NCBI RefSeq assembly: GCF_037042905.1
Contig: NC_087251.1
Coordinates: 40,302,001 to 40,366,000, forward strand
Reading direction: 5' to 3'
Length of the DNA: 64,000 nt
Source: Lytechinus pictus
Lineage: Eukaryota
Positions 24,401-39,400 of this stretch are shown here, in pieces. The translations under genes were made by a program, and so were the position numbers. The number at the start of each line of letters is the position of its first letter. Position 1 is the stretch's first letter. The notes under the pieces were generated by a model that was given only the letters and a program-made list of their open reading frames with translations, ran no database searches and had not been told where the DNA came from.

Positions 24401-27400
24401 ATTTATAAAGGTCTCCTTTTTTTTTTGTCCATTCAGATTACTGAGCCTTCTACACTAAGCAACCAATTGGAAGATACCTGCGTCATTAAACCTAAAGCTG
24501 ATATGTATGAATGGGCCATCAAATTCCTCACACCAACGGTTCAAGAGTAAGTTTTTTTATTGCAATAATGACAATTTATTTTCAATTCCAATACATATGT
24601 AGTCATAAAAGTTTTTGAAAAATATTGTTTTAAATTAAAAGTACTATGTGATTGCCTGTTTCGAAATTATGCAACATTTTGTAAGTGCATGTTCAAAAAC
24701 GTGATTTCATGTACAAAGTCAATGCAAATTGTGTTTTCAACCAAAAATAATAGATGTTTGATTAGTTTTGGTTTTGCTGGTCTAAATAGGTTTATTTCAT
24801 GCTATTTATGATTTCAAAAGAGTCGCTGACAAATTTCATCGAAAAAACAATGAAAAAAAGGTCTAAAAAACACATAAATACATGAGAAATTTATCTGATA
24901 TCGTAATTTTTTTCACTTTCATTTGCTAAGAACACCACAAAGAGTTTCTACACCAAAAATTAAAACATTTGGAGCTTTATTTAGAGTGTTTGAGGACAAA
25001 GTATGATTTTGCATACTAATTATGTATAAATTTGCATGAAGTAAATTAATAAATAATTTTGTAGATTATGTCCCAGACAACCTGTGTGCCTTTTTTCGGC
25101 GTGATTGATGGCCCAGGGCACCGTAACACAAAGATTAGCGATCAATCGCTAAATGAACTGACCAATCAATATCAATGTTACATGCGCATTAAGTTTAAAA
25201 TACTGACCAGGGACCAATCAGGGGTGTTCTCTTATATTTGCAATTCATCGCAAACCTTTGTGTTACGGGGCCCAGATCTCAAGGGGGGCCTGTCGCATAG
25301 TGTGTGCCGGGCTTTAGGCATCAAAATAGCTCAATTTTTTCAGGGTTAAAAGAAAAATGATCCCTCATTTTGTTTCGCCCGAGTAGCAGAGCGAGACTAT
25401 AGGCGCATTTCTTTCTGACGGCGGCGTCAACATTGAAATCTTAACCTAAGGTTAAGTTTTTTAAATGACATAACTTAGAAAGTATATGGACCTATGAATA
25501 GACTTAAGGGTAATCAAGTATTCTGAAATTTCTACCTGGGTTTCAGGTCACATGACCAAGGTCAAAGGTCATATACATGTAGGGTCAATGAATGTAGACC
25601 CATGTTGAGGAATCAACATCAAAATCTTTACCTAAGGTTTAGTTTTTGAAATGTCATCATTACTTACAAAGTATATGAACCTAGTTCATGAAACTTGGAC
25701 ACAAGGTTAATCAAATATTACTGAACATTTAATCGAGTTTCAGGTCACATGACCAAGGTCAAAGGTCATTTAGAATCAATGAACTTTGGCCATGTCGGGG
25801 GTATTTGTTGAATTACCATCATAGCTTTGATTGTTTATGGATCTAGTTTATAAAACTTGGACATGAGAGTAATCAAGTTTCACTGAACATCCCATGCGAG
25901 TTTTACGTCACATGACCACGGTTAAATATCATTTAGGGTCAATGAACGTATAATTATATTTTATGAATGGTGTTTTTTAAGAATGATTATTTTATAGTAG
26001 TTTTTAAAGTCAGCACTGCTGCTACATGTATATTGAATAACGTAATGCAGTCAAGACTGCTAGAGGCGCTCCACTTGTTAGCTGATGAAACCGATAATAC
26101 TAAGTTGCACAAAACTCAATAAAGTGCATAGTTATCGCACTGACTCATAAATTGATGTGAAGTCTACTTTCGTAAAAGCAATTGACATGATAGAATGGTA
26201 TCTATTTTTTGTGTATGTTACTGTATATTATACACTGCAAAATTAGTATTTTGTTTGTATTCTTGTAATTAAAGTTCAGTACTACTGAATGATCTGAGGA
26301 TGTTATATACGTGTAGTGATGGAGCCTTTTGTAACAATTCACTTTATGATTGCAGGGGCCGTGGAACAGTTTTCAAAGTGGGGGGGGGGGGGCTGACCAT
26401 GCAAAAAATCACAATTGTATGGTAAATTTTGTACATGTTTTTTTTTTCGCGGCTCCTGGATTGTACTAACACAATGCTATGATTTTCTCTTTGTAGGCTG
26501 AGGAAATCAGTGGCATCCCAAGATCCCAAACACTTTGAAGAGAATGTTCCCATTGTCAAGGAATTACAATCTGCTGGTCCTGAAAGAGTATGTTTTTTCA
26601 TTGATAGAAGGGTCAGATATTGTCAAGGGGTACACTATTTCAGGGGAAACAAGTTTTGAACGTGCCCATATGAGCATTGCAAGTAACTTACAATCAATAG
26701 GAAATGTTAGAACTCAAAATGATCTGGCAATTGATGGCAAATTTACAATCAATGCAGATTCTGTTTTTTACAACAGAAATTTTAAATTCAGTTTGGTTTG
26801 CTAGAGATATAGACAGTCGATTGGAAAGAATGCCAAAGAAGTTTCTTGCATCGCTCCCCAAGTTATGAGGTTAACAAGTGATATTTACAATCAATTACAA
26901 AGAACTTTCTAGCATCACTCGTCGAGTTTGCGTGTATGAGTCTATCCGTACTTTGATTTCTTTCCTCCAGCTGGTGTGCTGTGATCCGTAAAGGACAAGT
27001 CCACCCCTTCAGAAAGATTATTTGAATGAAAAGGAGAAAAATCCATTAATCATCACACTGAAGATTTAATCAAAATCGGGTTTAAATTAAGAAAGTATAA
27101 CATTCTAAAGTTTCGCTTAATTCTCGCTACCCCAAATAGCGATTTCGCCGAGATCCGGGAAAATCCCTGTAACGCGCATTGCATTATGGGATAGCTTTTC
27201 GGTATTACAACTTCCTGATCGGAAGTCCAATGCACTGTTTTGCCATTCAGATCAACCGTGCCGTCATGCACAACAACACAACGTCGCTTTCGCTCGGAAA
27301 GTTCGTGATCACAACCCTCTCTTTCACATTTTCACGTGAAATGTATTTTTTATTTCTATTTATAATTCAAATGGAATCAAAACTGACCAAATTAGATAAA

Positions 27401-30400
27401 AAGTATTATAATCTGTACATATTATGCTGATTGGCATCGATTTCAGCGTGGTGGAAAACTCAGTATCGCGAACCTCGCGCGAGCATGACTCTGAACCGGA
27501 AGTGGTGATGACGACCCGACGGAGTGAAAATTATCTCGTCTCGCGCATTATGAGATTTTTGTTCCTATTTGGGGTAGCGAGAATTAAGAAGAAACAGTTT
27601 TATGCTCATCATGGGGCCCGTTGCAGAAAGAGATGCAATCAATTGCAACTCTAAAAATCATGCGCAACGTGATTTTCAACCAATCAACAGCGCGCATTTG
27701 GGACTTGCGATCGATTTTTTGACTTGCGTTTAAACGCAACTCTTTCTGCAACGGGCCCCTGTTCAGTTTGCCAATGAGGGTACTGATAACGTCACCCACT
27801 CACTATTTCTTTTGTATAATGTCATTACATGAAATATAAAATATTTTAGTTTGCTCATTGTCATGTGAAACAGATTTATTCCTCCCTGAACATATGGAAT
27901 TACCATTGTGTTAAATTTGTTGTGTTTCTGTCAAGTTGGTCATCATTGTCGAATCTGTAAGAAATAAGCGAAACTTTCCTTCACTGCTATAAATGGTAGT
28001 TACTTTTATTTCTCTCCCCCAGTGTTCTGAGATACTTGAGAAAGGAAAGAATCTGGAGAAGTATTGTAAAGCGTCTTCGAAAACTAAGATGAAGGGTTGG
28101 AGGCTGCAAATGATCAAGAATACCAGGACAGCCATGCAGGTAGGAATATCATGTTTTAGATCAACAAAATAAAGTAGGACAGGTAATTTGCATACATTGA
28201 CTCGCCAACAGTCCAATATCTCCCTAGCCTGAGCAGCTTTTCAGATAATGCAAAAAATATATACCTCAAATTTCTCGTAACTTGAAAATCATTATGTGGT
28301 CCCAAAAGGTTTGATTTTGACCAAGTTTCCTGCATACAAATATCAGACTTAAATGGTCTTTTGTTTATATTCAGCCATTACATTTGAAAAGTATTGCATA
28401 TATTCTCCGTGACCCACTCTGTATCCATGTGCAAGCTTCTGTGATTATATTTACTAGCGTTGTTTATTTGGAGTGCTAAGATTGAGGATATGTTCAGTTT
28501 GAAGTTTGGACAGCAAGAGACTAGTAACAGTTTAGTATAGTTGATTTCATATCCATGATTCGTTACTTAAAATAATAATAATAGTTAATACATGTATTCA
28601 TAGTGCTTATTACACTTTGTTTCTAAGCGCTTTACATTGTAATTATTATTACACCGGTCATCGGATCCTGACATGCCCGCACATTTTATATATGCACTTT
28701 CTCCACTCCCTGGGAGCATACCAACAGGAGTTCCAGGACTCAATTGCTAGGCATCCTTCCGGGTACCCATTTAATACCTGAGTGGAGTGTTGCAAATTGT
28801 GGATTGATGCCTTGCCAAAGGACGCTAGGCTTTGGTGGGATTGGAACACACGACTTGCAAGGCGAGAGTCCAAACTGCTACACCACAACTCTTCCATAGT
28901 AAAAGCAGTATGAAAATGAAAGAATGCTTATAGCTATATCAACTGCAATGTACGAGGGATATGAATAATAATGCCGTTTATAATATGGTGGCAGCAGCAG
29001 TGCTTTCAACATTGAAATCTTAAACCAAGGTTAAGTCTTTTAAATGTTGTCACAACTTAGAAGAAAGTATATGGAGCTAGTTCATGAAACTGGGACATAG
29101 TTGTGATGAAGTATCACTGATCATCTTTCATAAGTTTCTTTCAGGTCACATGACCAAGTTCAAAGGTCATTTAGGGACTTGGATCTATGAACTTTGATCA
29201 TGTTTTGCTTATCAACATTGAAATCTTAACCAAGCCAAGGACAAGTCCATCCCAACAAAAAGTTGATTTGAATAAATAGAGAAAAATCCAACAAGCATAA
29301 CACTGAAAATTTCATCAAAATTTGATGTAAAATAAGAAAGTTATGACATTTTAAATATTCGCTTAATTTCACAAAACAGGTATATGCACATCCTGGTCAG
29401 TATGCAAATGAGACTGATGACATCATCCACTCACTATTTTTTTGTGTTTTATTATATGAAATATTATAATTATCTCATTGTCAAGTGAAGCAAAAATTGA
29501 TCCTCCCTATATGCTTCAGTCTAGTTGGTCCTTATTGTCAAATCTGTAAAAATTGAAATATTGTATAATTCAAACAATAAAAAACAAAAGAAATAGTGAG
29601 TGAGGAACATCATCGACTGTTTCATTTGTATGTCACTGATTTGTGCATATAACTGTTTTGTGAAAAATAAGCAAAACTTTAAAATCTCATAAGTTCATAA
29701 CTTTCTTATTTTACTTTCAATTTTGATGAAATTTTCAGCGTTAAGGCTTGGTCACACTGCACTTAGGGATACAGAGAGGATATAAAATGGATAAGAATCT
29801 TGCCATCCGTTTGAAAATGTTATGTATCCATTGTGTACTATTTGCATACGTGTTTCATACGCTCTATATCCATTGAGCATCCATCCACTCTGATTTCATT
29901 GTTCGCCCATTTTGTCCATTGTCTGGAGCAGATAAAAACGGATGGAGCCACCCCAAAATTTTGCTTGTCCGCTGTATCCGTTATGAGTACGTTTGTGTCT
30001 GTCGGTCAGTGGAACCAGGCCTTTTATCTCTATTTATTCAAATCAACATTTTTCTTGGGTGAACTTGACCTTTGGGTTTTTGAGATGTCATAACTTATCA
30101 GTATATTGATCTTTTGCTTGAAACTTGGACATAAGAGTAACCAAGTATCACCGATCATCGTGCATGAGTTTCTGGTCACATGATTATTAAGGTCAAAGGT
30201 CATTTAGGATTAAAAACATTGACCATGTTGCAGTTATTTTTTGAAGGGTTATCATAACTTTGAAATTTTATGGATCTGGTTCATGAAACTTGGATATAAG
30301 GGTAATCAAGTATCATTGATCATTTCGTATGAGTTTTAGTTCACATGATCAAGGTCAAATGTCATTTAGGGTCATATCATATGAATGTTTTTTTTATAAT

Positions 30401-33400
30401 TATTAATCATCTTCGTTGTTTTCAAAGTTACCACTGCTGCCATATTGTATCATGTAATGCAGGTGAGACTGCCAGAGGCATTTGTTTACATATTAATTAC
30501 CTTGGTCATATGCCTGTCTTGCCTGTATACAATGTACTTTTTCCACTCCCTGGGGAGCATTCCAGCTAGAATTTCAACTCAATTGCATAGCATACTGCAT
30601 TAAATGAAGAGTGGTAGATTTAGCCATCTTGGATAAAATGAAATTTCATGGGCTGCTCTTTTTTTGCACATTATTTGGCCCCTAAAAACTATTGTGTTTA
30701 TTGGCTGGAGCTGTGCCTGAATGAAGGCCATTTTGGTGTATTTCTTTGGCAGGATTCAAGCCAGCACTTTGGAAACAAGCTAGCCAAGGTGACAAGTTCA
30801 ATATCTACAATTGAGGAACTGTTACAGCAATTAAACTCTGGTAAGTCTTATATAGTCATAGAGGTAGGCTATAAATTAATGATGTTTCAGTTTGCTTAGT
30901 GCACCAGCATAAACAAAGAAGGGCATTTCCTGAGCTTTTGATACCTCATTTATCAAATTGGTCCAAAATTGAGATGGTGCCACCCAAAGTATTAGTTTGG
31001 TACCATGGGACCATTCCCCATTGAAGATGTGTATATTATGTATTTTTTGACATATTTTGTCACTTTTTGGGGGGCAATAAATCTACCGCACAAAGTATTT
31101 TGAAAGCCTCTCGCTGACTTTTTACTTTCAAGACTCCTGCAACTTTTGAGACCAAATTCGCGACACCTGGGTGTGCGGTTCTGAAGTTACGCACCATAAG
31201 GTAAATAAATGTCAGTCCCAACATTGCTCAAAAATGTGATTTTATGTACACTGTACAAATCCAACACTAATTCTATTGTCTAGCCAAATTGGAAAATGTT
31301 TCATTGTTATTTGCTTTTACTGACTAAAAGCAATTGATTTCATGTTATTAATGACTGAAATAGTATCGCTGATGATTTTCATAACAAACAAAGAAATACA
31401 TATTGTAGGTCGAAGGAATGGCTGTCTGCTGATCTCTCCCAGCTACACGTATGACTCCCGGGGGGGGGGGGGTCTCTAATTGACCTGGGCCCTACTTGAG
31501 TTATCAATTATTCAATTTTTTTTTTCAATATTGAATAATTTCAATAGAGCGTGTAGAGCTGGATGTAAGCTACAAGACTGTAAAGTAAAAGTTTAATATT
31601 TTGAAAATTTTACTTTACAGCATCCAAGATAGACCTGTATGAAATGTTTTAGCCTTCATGTCAATGTTTTTGCCTTTAATTCCCTTTAAGTAGCTCTTAA
31701 AAAGCTTATTTTCTGTGAAAATATTAATTTTGACTTTTCTATCAAATATCTACAAAAAATTTGCCAAAACAATTAATTTCGTATTTATTTTTTTAAACTC
31801 TTTTTATTGTTTTTCTTTTTTATTTGATGAAATAAGTCTGAGACACTTTTGCAATCATAAAAAGCATAAAATACATCCATTTTAACCAGCAAAATTAAAA
31901 CTAATATTTATGTCTTACACTGTAAAGTGCATAGAGAGAGTTGTTTTTATTATGCACTTAATAAATCAATTTTTTTAATTATTATTGTTATAATCATACA
32001 GTTATGATTTTGTTGGGAAACACAATTTGCATTGACTTTCTACACAAAATCATGTTATTGAGCAATTTTGAGTCTGACATGCTCTTATAAAATGTTGCGT
32101 AATTTCAGAACCGCGTACCCGGGCATCGCAAATAAGGTCTCAAAAGATGTGCAAGTGAAAAGGCAGTGAGCAGCACAGTCGTAAAATTTTGCCTGGCAGT
32201 GTGGTCATGAGATTTGTCGACCCCCCCCCCCCCCCCCCCCCCCCCGTTAACTTATTGCAGTGATGATATTTGGAAAATAATTTGTTTTTTTAACTTGATA
32301 CATGTATTATGATATAGATTCATTGTTATTGTTTTTTTAGTTGAGAGTTCATTGGATGATGCAATCAAGAGCATAGAAGAAATGAAATTGCCGTCTGAAG
32401 GAGAGAAATCAGAATGGATTGCAAATCAACAACGATTGGAATTAATGGAAACAAATCTCAAAGAACAAGAACGGGCAGTACAAGAGACTGAATGGTTTGT
32501 TGATATCTTCATTCGAAATGATTATCTTACAAGCTAACAAGTACTGTAAGAGCTGTTATTTTTGCATATATAATTTTTCACGAATCGCTGGGGTCCCAAC
32601 ATTTTTCGCGGGTTGCTAGACATGTATACCAAACACTTCCACAGCATTTCAGAGCACTAATAACAGTGCAAAACATGCAAAAATATGCTTCTCAAAGTCC
32701 TCATGCTGACATGTATTTTGTACATAAATATGTCCATGTAAAAGAACAGTTGGTGGGAAAATAGTGGCTTAAATTTCACTTTTTGTCTCGCCCACCAGAG
32801 GTGAAGGCGAGACTAAGGGATCCAAATGTCTTCCGTTGTCCGTCCGTCACAAACATTATGACACAACTCTGCAACCGTATATCACTTTTCAACCAAACTT
32901 GGATGGTAGATGTACTTAGGGGACCTGCATGTTATGCTGCAGTCAGAGGTCACATGTAAAGGTCAAATGTCATTTTCAGGTCAACGTTACAGTTTACATG
33001 CAAGACTCTTATGACACATAACTTTGCAACCGTAAGTTGTTATATGTTATTTCAACCAAACTTATGGATCTAGTTCATGAAACATAAGAGCAATTAAGTA
33101 TCCTTGAACATCCTGTGCGAGTTTCAGGTCACATGAAGCATCGACGTAAGGGTAATCAAGTATGAATGGTTGTTTTGCACATGTCTTAGGTCACATGATC
33201 ATGGTCAAAGGTCATTTTGGGTCAATGGACATAATATTTTATTTTCATATTAGTGTTTTCTTCTAAGAATAATTATTAATTAGCTGTTCTCAAAGGCAGC
33301 ACTGCTGCTATATCGAACTGCGTAATGCAATTATTTTCATAACAAGTTATTTGTTCTTCTTTAAAAAGATATTTATTGACTTCCATTTTGTCTAAAGTTA

Positions 33401-36400
33401 TGCCTTTTGAATGGGTGATGGTATTGGTATATGTTATATCCCAGACTGATCGATACATAGAAACTCACACACACTTTCTGATTTTGTTGATTATTCAGGA
33501 GGAAAAGATTTGGTGTGCTTAATAAGAATATTATCTTTTTCATTACTGGAGAAATATTTGAAAAATCTAGTTTCTATTCAATATTAGCTCCTTGTTGAAA
33601 GTTTGAGAGTTTTAACATGATTTCTCCTTATGATTTTTACATTCAAAAAGTAGATTATAAACTGCTCAAAATGTCTTAAAATTATATTCCACTTTGACTA
33701 CTTCATTTTGGAATAAAATTTGGTTTTATGTGTTGATTGTTGTAAAGCTCCCACTTTTAACATGATGGAACTGAAATGAAATGATTTTGACTTATGTTTG
33801 CAGCAAGAGGAGAAGGTTAGAAGGAGAGGTAAAGAGTTTAGAGGATAGTACGATGAAGCTGGAGGCAGAACAAGAAATACTGAGCAGATCTGGAAAAGTA
33901 ACCAACCAATCAGAGACAGATATAGAGAATATGAAGTCAGAGATCCTCCTCCTCCAAAGGTAATAATATTTATCATTTCATTAATATTCAATAAAAATAC
34001 ATCAATGTCAAGTAACCTATCGCTTGCATATGAGCTTGTCATTTCTCTAAATTTGTTAATGTGACTCATTGGCATATGCAAGATATGTTATCTCTAATTA
34101 TTATTTAGATGTAGGGTTTTAGAGGCGCAGATATTTTTTGACGTCTTGCGAGGTTGTTTCAAAGAGACAAAATATTAAAAGTGATTTTTAACGTGCATGC
34201 CTATGAAACCATCCGACGAAATGATTATTTTGCCGCGCCCACAAGATTATCATTGGTTAATAAATGATTGTGCGCATGAAGCTATTGTTACGTCATTTCG
34301 TTGCGTATTAGTTGCCAGGAGGTGTGGTAAAGGAGCGTCAATTTATTGAATTCAAATGTGCTTGCACTATACGCTTGCGCATCTTTACTTCATTACAGAG
34401 ATTTCTTTTTTTTAAATGACAATACTCAGGCGCCATGCTCATGATTTACAGGATTGCCATTGATGATGGTTACTGACATTTTTGGGGGGTTCATTACTTT
34501 ATTTTTAGCTTTGTGGGGGTATCTAAATAATAATATTGGATGACCAGTTTTCGTGAGATGCGTAGAAATATTGTTACTCGCTGAAGAACAATATTTTTTC
34601 GCATCCCACATAAGGCCATCCAATATTCCCTAAGTATTTTGGTTGGTCTGGGGAGCATTTCATGAAATAGTGATTTTGCTGACAACTGTTATAAACTACT
34701 GAAATCCTTGCATCTGATTTGCTCAGAACAATTAGTCAGTGAAAAGCCACTTGCTCCTTGCTACATGGAACAATATCTAGCTGCAGTTAGCACTCCCCAA
34801 ATCAATGATAGCATAATTTCTTTGTTTTTGTGTATATAAATTTAGTGGAATGCAATGGAACATTTACACATATTTGTACATGATTCTCATGGCAGGATCT
34901 TATTGTTTAAGTTGCGTAACAAGCTGCTGTTTTTCCCCATACCTCTTCTACAGCCTTCAAGAATGGAGACTGCAAGCTTTCCAAGAAAATAATTACAAGT
35001 TTTCATCCCTTGGCAAATCAATATTACTCCACATAAAGTATGGTGAGTGGAATTAGTTTTTCAATCATTTATTTCACTCCGTTACTTGAAATATGGTTTG
35101 AGGATGCCCTATTATTTGTTCATTGTATTCCTGGCACTTATTTTTCCTAGATTTATATTGTCAAAAAAAGAAGTGAAGGAAGCAAAGCTTAATTTTTGTG
35201 TAGAAGGTAATTTGTCCCAAATTTACAAATAAAGTTTTTTAACCTTGGGATTATTTAAAAATCCCTCCTCGTATTGTTGGTTTTATGAAAACGACATGGT
35301 AAGAACATTTGGCATTGTAAAATTATCACAAAAATTTAAACGGTGGCTAGATCAGCCACCCCCCCCCACATTTTTTGTCTCGCCTGCATAGCAGAGCGAG
35401 ACTATAATACGCCCCGCTTTTCCAACGGCGGCGGTGTAAACATTGAAATCTGAACCTAAGGTTAAGTTTTTGAAATGTCATCATATCTAGTATGAAGTAT
35501 ATTGACCTAGTTTGTGAAATCTGGACATAAGGGTAATCAAGTATTACTGAAAATCCTGCCTGCGTTTTAGGTTGCATTACCAAGGTCAAAGGTCATTAAG
35601 GGTCAATGAACTTAGATTATGTTGAGGGAATCAAACAAAATCTTAACTGAGGTTAATTCTTTTTAAATGTCAAAACTTTGAAAGTTTATAGATCTAGTTC
35701 ATGAAATTTGGACATTAGTGTAATCAAGTATCACTGATCATCTTGCACAAGTCTTAGATCACATTATCAAGGTCAAATGTCAATTGGGGGTCAATGAGCA
35801 TGGTCTTTTATTGTCATATATGAAAGATGTTTTTTGTGAATAATTATTCTATAGTCATTCTTTAAGGATGATGCTATATTGAATCACATATTGCAGGCGA
35901 GACTGCCAGAGGCACTCCACTCGGTTTTTTTTTTAGGGTTCTATATTTTTATGTAATGTTGGCCATTGAGTCTGAATATTGTTTTGCATTCAGATTTCTT
36001 CGGCAAGCAAGGATTCATGTATTCATGTGTAAATTCTAAATTGAATTTTTTTTTTTTTTGGGGGGGGGCAATTCCATGAAATAACTGACATTTTTGTATG
36101 TCAGACCCCCATTTTTGTCCATTCATCCTTCGCTTCATGAAGTGCTCAAGCAAGAAAATATTGAGAGGTTTTCAACATTCATGTAAACTAAAAATTAGAG
36201 ACATATCAGGAAGACCCCGGTCAGATGTACACAATCACATGTACGTTTATTCATATTTTTCTTCCACATGTTCTATAGGTGACAAAGAAAGAGGTAACAA
36301 GTTGATTGATGTCACATTACATAGTGTGCTTGCACGTAAGTATCTTGAGTGATTCTTTCCAATATAATAATGAGAAGTCATTAATGGGTTTTATTAATTC

Positions 36401-39400
36401 AATATTGTATTGGAAAAAACCTGAAAGCTTTGTTTATATATAACTTTTCCAGAGGATACAAAGCGAAACTATTATTACCCCAGCTGTAGGTTGAGCTGCC
36501 TCTTAACCTTATCTAGGCCGGGGTATTTTGGGAGATCATATGGCCAGGTGGGGGGGGGGGGGGGCTGCCAGGGCCCCCCCCCCCTTGGCCGTCGATCGTG
36601 CTGAAAATTGACAGGCAGGTTGTCTGGGATGTAGTCTACAAAATTCTATATTAATGTATTTAATGCAAATTGCTATTAATTGATTATGCTAATTTATGCA
36701 TAATTAGTATGCAAAATCGTACTTTTTCCTCTAACTCCCTAAATAAAGCTTCAAATGTTCTAATTTCTGGTGTAGAAACTCTTTGTGGTGTTCTTAGCAA
36801 ATGTACAGGAAAAAAATTGTGATATCAGATCAATTTCGTATGTATTATATTATTTTTCAATTTCTTATGTATTTCTTTGTTTTTCGGACCTTTTGTGTTT
36901 CATTGGTTTTTTATGATGAACTTTGTTGGGGACACTTTGAGATCATAAAAAGCATAACATAAATCCATTTAGACTAGCAAAACTAAAAATTATCATACAT
37001 TTATTATTTTTGGTTGAAAACACAATTTGCATTGACTTTGTACACAAAATCACGTTTTTGAGCAATTTTTTATCTGACATGCACTTACAAAATGTTGCGT
37101 AATTTCGAACTGGCGTACCCAGGTGTCACAAATTTGGTCTCAAAAGATGCGCAAGACTTGAAAGTAAAAAGTCAGCATGGTAAAAAAAAATTCAAGTGGC
37201 CAGGCCCCCCCCCCCCCCCCCCCCCGCCTAGATAGGGTTAATTTTTGTGCATATAGTCAATGGATTCAATGAGTTAATCCTGTCAGGTACCAATTCACCT
37301 CACTTGGGTTGAGAGCAGCAAGATGTGGGTAAATTTCTTGCTGAAGGAAAACATGCAAATGCTGGTATTCAAACCCAGAGCCCTTTGTTTGAAAGATGAG
37401 AGTTAGAACCAAGCTAGGTTCATTGATTTCTGTTTTGCTTTTATTTTTATTTTTTAGATGATGCCTGTAGCTCAGCTAAACTTGCCCATTCACTATTCTT
37501 CAGCAGTGTAAATACAGACCAGTTAAAAACTCTCTATCCAACTTATAATGACCTTCCACAGGTAAATCTTGCTTGTTATTTCCCCTATCTCCTTGTGTCT
37601 CTATGTCTGTCTATTAGAAGTTTCGCTCTGACTTAGCCTTTTTGTTATTTTGTGGTGAATATTTCTGACTGGTTACAGAAATATGCTCAGAAATATGTAC
37701 AGTATGTGAATCATTAACCTTTATGCATTTTGTCGATACATTCCGTTTTTTAATCACACACAAAAAGTGCTTCTTTACTTTTCCGTGGGTGGTTGTACTG
37801 GTGTGTTTTTTCCCTCTCTCTGGTCTCATAGTACTAAGTGAGTAAGGCTTCAACAGAATTTCAAACCTTGCCTATTTATAAGCAAATGGATGCAAATTTT
37901 ACATTTGAAAATTCGTTTGCACCAAATCTGCCATCCACACACTGAGGAAAATGTAAATGAATTTCAGGATATTATTGTTTCATGACCATCATAAATGTAT
38001 GTTGATATGGTTGCATCAATTTTTGCTTTCTAGATGATGCAACATATGTCAGAGTTGGTTGGTCAGGTCAGGTTGCTCGAGGCCGAGGTTAGTAGAATAG
38101 ACTTCTGGCATCCAGTTACTACAACACACAACAGGTATGACTACTTTCATTTGTTTTCCCTCGTCATCATAGCTTGCATGTAATGAACAGTCCTGGGTTC
38201 TTATTGATAACAATAAACAAAGATCCGTTGAGAGATCAATGTCAAGTGCAAGTGTAGAAGTGATGGTAATCTCATTACTTTGGGTATGTTAAAGTTCACA
38301 AGGTCATAGAGAGCATTATATATCCCCACAAATATTTTGTTCTCTGACCTTTTGATGTCTAAAGAACTGTTTGAGGATTCAACATAAAACTCGGCTATAA
38401 TGTGTTCAAACTGATCTGATTAGATTATTTGTTCAAATGTTGCAGGTCATTACATGTACATACTTGGTAATACCTCACTTTTGCGATAATTGAACGGTTG
38501 AAAACCTTTGGATCCGCGCCTGTTCACTGAGGGTCGTTACTTGAAAATTGTAGAAGTTAGGGGTGTTGTGTATTCTTGATTTGGCAATGGCACAGGCATA
38601 AATTTTTAACTAAGTTCAGTTGAGAATCGATCTAGTTTTATTGTATTGCCTGCATAGCAGAGTTAGACTGTAGACACTGCTTTCCAACAACATCGCTTTC
38701 TACATTGATTGATGAACGTAGTATTTGATTATCATATGAATGGTGTTTTTTGTGAATGATTTAGTGAATAATTGTTCAATAGGTTGTTGTTTTCAAAGTC
38801 AGCACTGCTGGTATTATGAATCACGTAATGCAGACGAGACTGCCAGAGGTGTTCCATTTGTTTCCTGTTATAACTGATTTTTCTTTTCTTTTTGACCGCT
38901 ACCCTCTTGTATAATGTGTTTTTTCAATTTTATTATATTCATATGTATCAAGATTGTGCTGAGAAAGATATATGATACTATTGTTCATTCAAATCAACTT
39001 GTAGGCCTTGATACACCCTTTAAGCCCTCGGCTAAGATGGGTCCAATAACCCAGCCCTATTAGGGTTAGCATACTTTATAACATTTTGGAAATTGCAACT
39101 CTCATCATTGATGGTATAGAGACAGTTGAGTGATTTCTATGGAGGAAATACAAGGTAGTCATTAAAGGACAAGCCCCCCCCCCCCCCAAAAAAAAAAAGT
39201 TGGTTTGAATAAGAGAAAAATCCAACAAGCATTACACTGAAAAATTCATCAAAATCGGATGTAAAGTAAGAAAGTTATGACATTTTAAAGACTGATGACG
39301 TCATCCTCTCACTATTTCTATTGTATTTTATTATATCAAATATGAAATATTCTTCTTTTCTCCTCATTGTCATGTGAAACAAGGTTTTATTTCTCCTAAA

